DNA of 64,000 nt, taken from the NCBI GenBank assembly GCA_000388065.2, contig KB932202.1. One strand, given 5' to 3'. The notes below the pieces were generated by a model. The model ran no database searches. It saw only the letters and a list, made by a program, of their open reading frames with translations, and was not told where the DNA came from. This document shows, piece by piece, positions 58,070-64,000 of this stretch. The stretch is from Fonticula alba ATCC 38817. Taxonomy: Eukaryota; Protista; Nucleariida. The translations under genes were made by a program, and so were the position numbers. Every line of letters starts with the position of its first letter. Within the stretch, counting starts at the first letter, position 1.

Positions 58070-58990
58070 NNNNNNNNNNNNNNNNNNNNNNNNNNNNNNN
58101 NNNNNNNNNNNNNNNNNNNNNNNNNNNNNNNNNNNNNNNNNNNNNNNNNNNNNNNNNNNNNNNNNNNNNNNNNNNNNNNNNNNNNNNNNNNNNNNNNNNN
58201 NNNNNNNNNNNNNNNNNNNNNNNNNNNNNNNNNNNNNNNNNNNNNNNNNNNNNNNNNNNNNNNNNNNNNNNNNNNNNNNNNNNNNNNNNNNNNNNNNNNN
58301 NNNNNNNNNNNNNNNNNNNNNNNNNNNNNNNNNNNNNNNNNNNNNNNNNNNNNNNNNNNNNNNNNNNNNNNNNNNNNNNNNNNNNNNNNNNNNNNNNNNN
58401 NNNNNNNNNNNNNNNNNNNNNNNNNNNNNNNNNNNNNNNNNNNNNNNNNNNNNNNNNNNNNNNNNNNNNNNNNNNNNNNNNNNNNNNNNNNNNNNNNNNN
58501 NNNNNNNNNNNNNNNNNNNNNNNNNNNNNNNNNNNNNNNNNNNNNNNNNNNNNNNNNNNNNNNNNNNNNNNNNNNNNNNNNNNNNNNNNNNNNNNNNNNN
58601 NNNNNNNNNNNNNNNNNNNNNNNNNNNNNNNNNNNNNNNNNNNNNNNNNNNNNNNNNNNNNNNNNNNNNNNNNNNNNNNNNNNNNNNNNNNNNNNNNNNN
58701 NNNNNNNNNNNNNNNNNNNNNNNNNNNNNNNNNNNNNNNNNNNNNNNNNNNNNNNNNNNNNNNNNNNNNNNNNNNNNNNNNNNNNNNNNNNNNNNNNNNN
58801 NNNNNNNNNNNNNNNNNNNNNNNNNNNNNNNNNNNNNNNNNNNNNNNNNNNNNNNNNNNNNNNNNNNNNNNNNNNNNNNNNNNNNNNNNNNNNNNNNNNN
58901 NNNNNNNNNNNNNNNNNNNNNNNNNNNNNNNNNNNNNNNNNNNNNNNNNNNNNNNNNNNNNNNNNNNNNNNNNNNNNNNNNNNNNNNNNN
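58070..58990. other. Assembly gap (921 N); other gaps at 19824-19833, 29944-30098, 32469-32552 and 36612-36621
   Basis: N runs, each flanked by G- or C-rich runs. Confidence 0.99.
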
Positions 58991-59117
58991 CCCCTCCCGA
59001 ATCTGGCACCGCTTTCTGCACGAACCGGAGGGACGATGGAAGGGCGGGAAACAGCAACAGCGCGCACCTTCCCCCGCCCAAGTGGGGGACCTCCTCCCCA
59101 AGCGCATAGCCGCTCTG

Positions 59118-59170
59118 ATAACAATAATTCAAGCATTACTATTTGCCGGCTTATTGTTATTCCTTCAAGC
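59118..59170. repeat. Perfect 10-bp AT-rich inverted repeat (ATAACAATAA / TTATTGTTAT) interleaved with a 7-bp direct repeat (TTCAAGC)
   Basis: Arms at 59118-59127 and 59151-59160; TTCAAGC at 59128-59134 and 59164-59170. Confidence 0.85.
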
Positions 59171-60265
59171 CGTCCCAGTCGTCCCTTTCTAGCCCATTCC
59201 CCCGGGCGGGGGCAGGCGGTCCACATTTAACATGCTCCCCATCCGCGCCGGGAGAGGCCCCGCCCACAGGGGGGACAGAGGATGGGCGGCGGAGCACGCG
59301 AGCGCGCCCACAATGTTCCCCCCCCCCCCCTCCCCCCCCCCCTGGAGTCGGGTGGTCACCCCAGACAGGACGCCTGTCCCGGCATCGCCCTCAAACGGAT
59401 TTGTGCCCGGGGTTTAAATCTGAAGGGGACACGGTTCTGGCAGTGCAGATCAACTTACTACAAGTGTGGTGCCAATGATCGCCGCGCACACTCGACCCTC
59501 GCCCCACCCCCCCCCCCTCCCGCTGGTGCGACCACGCCGGAGATGCCTGGGGGTGCGTTCAAGCAAGGCCTGGGGGGAGATTCGGGATCGGCAGTTGCCC
59601 TCGGGCACCGGCGGCCCAACCGCGCGCCAGTCACAGGTGCCCCCCCCCCCCCCCGCCAGGCGGTCGCTTCGAGAGGATGGGGGATGGGTGCAGCCGGCCC
59701 CAGCCCTGGCCCCGTCCCGTCCTGCCACCCCCTTGGCGCCGCGTGCGCAACAGATTAGACATGGCGGGTAATGTCTCATCGGGCAACTTAACAACAGCAG
59801 GAGCCGCAACACCGGCAGCAGCAACATCAACGGGGGCAACACACTGGCCGCGCTAGCAATGTTGGCAGCGGTGCCGGAGAAGTTGCCTCCCCGCGCCGCA
59901 GACCATGGGCTCTCTCTCTCTCTCTCTCTTTCTCTCGAGGGTGCCGTTGTTTTCCTTCCGTCAGGGAACTCGGGTGCAAGACAGAGGGGGGATCTGTTGC
60001 CCCGAAGGGCCGACCTCGTCAACATTCACGGCGCGAACCGGTGGACCGGTACCCTCTGCCTGCCGACGCCTCTTTGTCCGTCTCACCTGAAGGCCACCTC
60101 TGGTGGCGGGATAGACCATGGGAGAAGTTTATTGTGCACATGCATGTCTCTCTGTGTGGTGTGCGTGTGTGTCTGTGTTTCTGTGTGTGGTGTGTGTGTT
60201 TGGGCGTGCTGTTGAACTCCCTCACAGGCACCGATGGCCTCGAAGCAAGGAGTCCACACATGCTG

Positions 60266-60308
<43 letters not shown>

Positions 60309-60960
60309 TGCACCCAGCTCTCGAACGCCAACTTTCACACAGGGGCGCGCGACTCTTACGCCCATGCGCACAGCACTTGCTTTGCGGACGTGCAGCCCTT
60401 CGGCGTGCGACTGGCTGGCCGCCTTCTGTCTTTCTTTCACTCTCTATCTTTCACAACAACATAAGTCACACATGGTGATCTACTAAGCTTTTCACTTTCT
60501 TGGACTACTAGCGGGGTGATGGGGCCAACTGCGAGGTTCCACGTGCGTTCGTGCGTGCGTGCGTGTGTGTGTGTGTTGGACTGGAAGAGACACACACACA
60601 CACACACACACACACACGCGCAAGGGAACTATCCTGATGGGCAACAGATCGAGGGGAGGAGCGAGAGGGGCCAGGGGAGTAATACTCCCTCCCCCTCCAC
60701 GCCCCCGCCCCCCACCCCTCGCGCCATCAGCTCGATCCCTTGCCCGTTCTCTCCATGCCGCTGTCCCCACCATCTCGGCTTCCCTCGGGTCGCCACCTTC
60801 GCCTCAGCCAGCCCGCCCTCCCCCCTTCAAGCTCCAGGTGTAGGCTCTCACCTATGGCGCGCCTTGCACTCCACCTTCAGCAGGAGGAGGAGCAAGAGGG
60901 ACGGCGGGCGGGCGGGCGGGCGGCGGCTGCGGCGGCGGCGGCGCCGACGAGGAGGAGTCC

Positions 60961-63900
60961 CTAGCGCCTCCATGAGCGCCGCTGGAGACGCTGCTCATCA
61001 TGGCCATCATGCATGACACTGCTGAACCCGGCGAACCGGCTGGCATCCAGACCCGGAGTGATCTCCTCGCCGGGCCGGGCCACCCGGCCCTCTCGGGCCG
61101 CGCCGCGCGGGTCAATCCGATCGATGACAAACGGCTGGACAGTGGCCTCATTGAGGGTGATGGTCTGCTGGTTGGCATCCTCGTCGCCGGAGACGCCGGC
61201 GGTCTGCGGCTTCCGGCGATTGGTCCCGGTGGCCGACTTGACACCGTAACCGGAGGAAGAGGCCGGCCGGCGGACCGGGCCCGCGCCCAGCGGCTGGAGC
61301 AGGATCTCCAACAGGCTCGGGGGAATGGGCGAGGTGCCCGGGCGGAAGAGGCCGCCCCCACCGAGGCTCGGTGCCTGGGTCGGGGCCGGTGGCTTCGGCG
61401 TGGCCACCGGGGTGCTGCCGCCGGAGGTCGGGGCCGGGGTCGGCTGAGCCGACGGCGAGGGGGATGGCGACGGCTGCTCGGTCTTGGGATAGTACCGGGC
61501 AAAGGGCCCATCCACCGGGCGCTGGTACACATCGTACCAGGCGGAGCCCGGGTACTCGGCGGCCGGCTGGCCACGCCCTGGCTCGGTCCACCGCCATGCG
61601 GCGAAGTAGTCCGACTCCGGCGAGTGCACGCGGTAGCCCCATTGGGCGGCCACGGCGGCCAGATCGCAAATATTGGCCCGGCTGGCCAGGCCCCCTGCCG
61701 CGGCGGCCAGATAGACACGACGCAAATCGTCCGCATAGAGCCCGATGGCCTCCAGGCCACAGCCCTTGGTCAGCTGCATGGCCCCGGGGCCGGCGGCCGC
61801 CGGGTAGCTGGTGGACTTGATGCTTTGGGGATCGGCCGCGGGGGATGTCTGCGGGGCCGGGGCCACGGCCACCACCTGGCGGCTGTGCACGGCGAACTGC
61901 CGAACCAGCAGCTCGATGGCCACGCTCCGGCGCCGATGGGCCAGGCGCTCGGCCGACGAAAGGTCCCCGAGCCCCTGGCCGGTGAGGTCGGCGGCCTGAG
62001 GCGCAAAGAGCACCACCAGGTCGCGGGTGTTCTTGGCATCGCCGGTCAGCAGATCCGCCGACACGGCGGCCGCCTTCATCAGGCCATTCAGGTCCATGCC
62101 CAGGGCCGAGTACTTGGGCACGGTGGGCGTGGCGGTGGTCGGGGCGGCGGTCGGGGCGGCGGTCGGGGCCGGGGTGCCGCCCGCCGTCGGAGCCGGGCTG
62201 GCGGTGGCCGCCGTCGGGGCCTGGGTCCCGCCGATTACGAGCGAGGACGACCCGCTGCCGGCCGGTCCGTCGAGGTGGACGTACCACTCCAGCGAAGGGA
62301 AGCGAAACATGGACGCCGCGCGGAACATGGACGCCGCGGCATTGGCCACATGCCCGGCGGCGGCGGCCACATTGCCGATGGCCCGGATGACCTCGACATC
62401 GACGGCGCGGGCGGCCCGCTGGGACCGGGCCGCCTCGACCTCCTCCGCGGCATAAACCACGGCCGCCTGGCGGAGATTCTGCTCGATCTGCGAGCGCACC
62501 GATGAGGCGCAGTGCTCGCGATCGGCCACGACAAACCACCGAGGAGCGCTCATGGTGCCGGCGGTTTGCAGGCGCCCCTGCACGCCGGTCGGCAGCTGCA
62601 ACTGCGAGCACCACCCATCGGCACTCAAGCCGGCGGGCGTGGTCGGCACATTGAGCGGGGCCACATAGGTGATGTGGCCACTGGCCGGGTAGGGCTGCTC
62701 CAGGAGGTCGGCCAATTCCGGATCATCGACCGACAGGCTGACCCGCACGGTGCGGTAGTCGCGGTTTTCCACATCCCAATAGCCCAGCAGCAGGTAGGGA
62801 ACCGGGTAGTCCGGGCGCTCGCGCACCAGGTCCATGCGATAGAGGGCCAGCGGGGACCCCATGGAAGCCGCGGCCACGGCCGTAATGGCGGCCGTCTGCT
62901 TGACGCGCTCCGGGTCCGCCATGGCCAGAGAGGCGATGTCGGGCGATTGGCCGCTGGTGCCTGGCGGTGGCTGGGCCGCCGGGTCGGCCGCCCCGGGCAG
63001 GGTGGGCACCCGCTGGGGCCCAACCATGCCGCCGGGCCCATGCTCGTCGTCGGAGTCCCGGTCGTCGTCCGAGTCGTCATCCGAGTCGTCATCGCGCGAG
63101 GTGCGCGACCCGGCCATCGGCAGGTTGCCGAGGCTCTCGGCGGCCGCACGCAGGATGCGTTCCAGGTCCGCTCGGCCGCCGCTGGCCAGGCGCACCTCGC
63201 GATCGATCAGGACAATGGCCTGGGCCGGGAGGGTGGCCGTGTCGCCGGGGCTCTGGCTGGTGCCCTCGGGCATGGCGGTGGAGGCAGCCGCGCTGGCCGT
63301 CCAGACGGTGTGCGTGCCGCCGGGCGCAAAGACCCGGCCATCGGGCAAATGGTAGGGCATCACCAGGCCGCGATCTGGCGACCCGGTGCGGGGCAGCCCG
63401 GCCGGGCGCGAAGGCCCCGGCACCTCCACTCCCGGGCTGGGTGTCGGGGAGGGCTGCGGCTGCTCGATCGGCTCGCGGCCACTGCCGGAGCCGGACCCCT
63501 CGCCCGGGATGCTGCCATGCCCGGAGGAGGCGCCATCACTGCCGTCATCCGGGCTCGAGGAGGACTGCGACGGATCGACAATGACCACCGGCGGGCGGGG
63601 CTTCACCGGGTGCAGCACATCATCGGGGTTGACGGGTGGGGGGCCCTGGCTGCCGTCCTTCTGCCAGCGCTCCAAGGCCGCGCGCGAGATCTTCCTCAGG
63701 AGCCGTGTCGAGTCGCGGAGTTGGTTCGGGTCGGTGGGCACCGCTTGGCCATCCCTGCCGACCCCGGACAGCAGCATGGCCACCAGGACCACGGCCGTGA
63801 CCAGGGCCACCAGCAGCCCGCCCAGCAGGGCCAGCGTCTTCCAATAGTGCTCGCGCGCATAGTGCAGCATCGTGGCCGGCGAGGAGAAGGGCGACGGCCC

Positions 63901-63990
63901 GAGGACCGGCGAGGTCCGCCGAGACCGGACCTTCTTGTCCAGCATCGGGGACAGGTTGTTGTCCGGAACTAGGGGCACAGTCGGGGCCAT
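60961..63990 (-). CDS. Uncharacterised single-pass (type II) membrane protein, 1,009 aa, apparently single-exon
   Basis: Continuous ORF with natural, non-repetitive composition and GC-ending codons. A basic N-terminus (KKVRSRR) is followed by a hydrophobic helix (LALLGGLLVALVTAVVLVAMLLSGV, ~63834-63760), then globular-looking segments separated by P/T/S-rich linkers. No family recognised. Confidence 0.75.
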   Translation of the reverse strand: MAPTVPLVPDNNLSPMLDKKVRSRRTSPVLGPSPFSSPATMLHYAREHYWKTLALLGGLLVALVTAVVLVAMLLSGVGRDGQAVPTDPNQLRDSTRLLRKISRAALERWQKDGSQGPPPVNPDDVLHPVKPRPPVVIVDPSQSSSSPDDGSDGASSGHGSIPGEGSGSGSGREPIEQPQPSPTPSPGVEVPGPSRPAGLPRTGSPDRGLVMPYHLPDGRVFAPGGTHTVWTASAAASTAMPEGTSQSPGDTATLPAQAIVLIDREVRLASGGRADLERILRAAAESLGNLPMAGSRTSRDDDSDDDSDDDRDSDDEHGPGGMVGPQRVPTLPGAADPAAQPPPGTSGQSPDIASLAMADPERVKQTAAITAVAAASMGSPLALYRMDLVRERPDYPVPYLLLGYWDVENRDYRTVRVSLSVDDPELADLLEQPYPASGHITYVAPLNVPTTPAGLSADGWCSQLQLPTGVQGRLQTAGTMSAPRWFVVADREHCASSVRSQIEQNLRQAAVVYAAEEVEAARSQRAARAVDVEVIRAIGNVAAAAGHVANAAASMFRAASMFRFPSLEWYVHLDGPAGSGSSSLVIGGTQAPTAATASPAPTAGGTPAPTAAPTAAPTTATPTVPKYSALGMDLNGLMKAAAVSADLLTGDAKNTRDLVVLFAPQAADLTGQGLGDLSSAERLAHRRRSVAIELLVRQFAVHSRQVVAVAPAPQTSPAADPQSIKSTSYPAAAGPGAMQLTKGCGLEAIGLYADDLRRVYLAAAAGGLASRANICDLAAVAAQWGYRVHSPESDYFAAWRWTEPGRGQPAAEYPGSAWYDVYQRPVDGPFARYYPKTEQPSPSPSPSAQPTPAPTSGGSTPVATPKPPAPTQAPSLGGGGLFRPGTSPIPPSLLEILLQPLGAGPVRRPASSSGYGVKSATGTNRRKPQTAGVSGDEDANQQTITLNEATVQPFVIDRIDPRGAAREGRVARPGEEITPGLDASRFAGFSSVMHDGHDEQRLQRRSWRR

Positions 63991-64000
63991 TTGTATGTAT

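Noticed and set aside
59099-59192. Hydrophobic peptide KRIAALITIIQALLFAGLLLFLQAVPVVPF resembling a TM helix
   Set aside because: It uses AT-ending codons (ATA, TTA, CTA), unlike the GC-ending codons of real genes here. The hydrophobicity follows from the local AT island, and no start or splice context was found.
57312-59230. Several 350-600-aa ORFs spanning 58070-58990
   Set aside because: Their length comes from the N-gap translated as X.
60877-60963. Open frame continuing past the orphan gene's TAG (GLLLVGAAAAAAAARPP...)
   Set aside because: Short low-complexity extension with no established readthrough signal; expected at this GC content.
1-64000. CRISPR arrays, rRNA, transposase/RT/integrase genes, viral genes
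   Set aside because: None seen. The repeats are simple microsatellites or codon repeats without unique spacers or terminal repeats.

Overview
This is a very GC-rich, intron-rich eukaryotic scaffold segment with five N-gaps. The opisthokont gene set (RFX, TSC2, p38/Hog1-like, tandem-CWCH2 zinc finger), the GC content and the CT-microsatellite introns suggest a unicellular opisthokont such as Fonticula alba; that is an inference, not verified. I assembled six protein-coding genes by hand from GT-AG boundaries, phase matching and recalled homology. (1) A ~2,660-aa RFX transcription factor (+, 7589-16757, 8 exons). (2) A ~2,650-aa tuberin/TSC2 with an intact Rap-GAP Asn thumb (+, 17845-27865, 15 exons). 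(3) PIG-C/GPI2 (-, 28036-30303, 5 exons), tail-to-tail with TSC2. (4) An intact 8-exon, 627-aa p38/Hog1-type MAP-kinase homologue that has lost its catalytic motifs and TxY loop (+, 36675-39834). (5) A ~2,100-aa three-finger C2H2 factor with a tandem CWCH2 pair (-, ~41590-48795). (6) A single-exon 1,009-aa orphan type II membrane protein (-, 60961-63990). Most other ORFs in the supplied track are shadow frames from high GC, microsatellites or N-gaps. I found no rRNA, tRNA, CRISPR array or recognisable mobile element. Top findings: the catalytically dead stress-MAPK paralogue with p38-like intron positions; a GTGCGT (+4C) 5' splice-site consensus; a possible CAG/TAG tandem acceptor that would toggle the zinc-finger protein's C-terminus; and the orphan surface protein.
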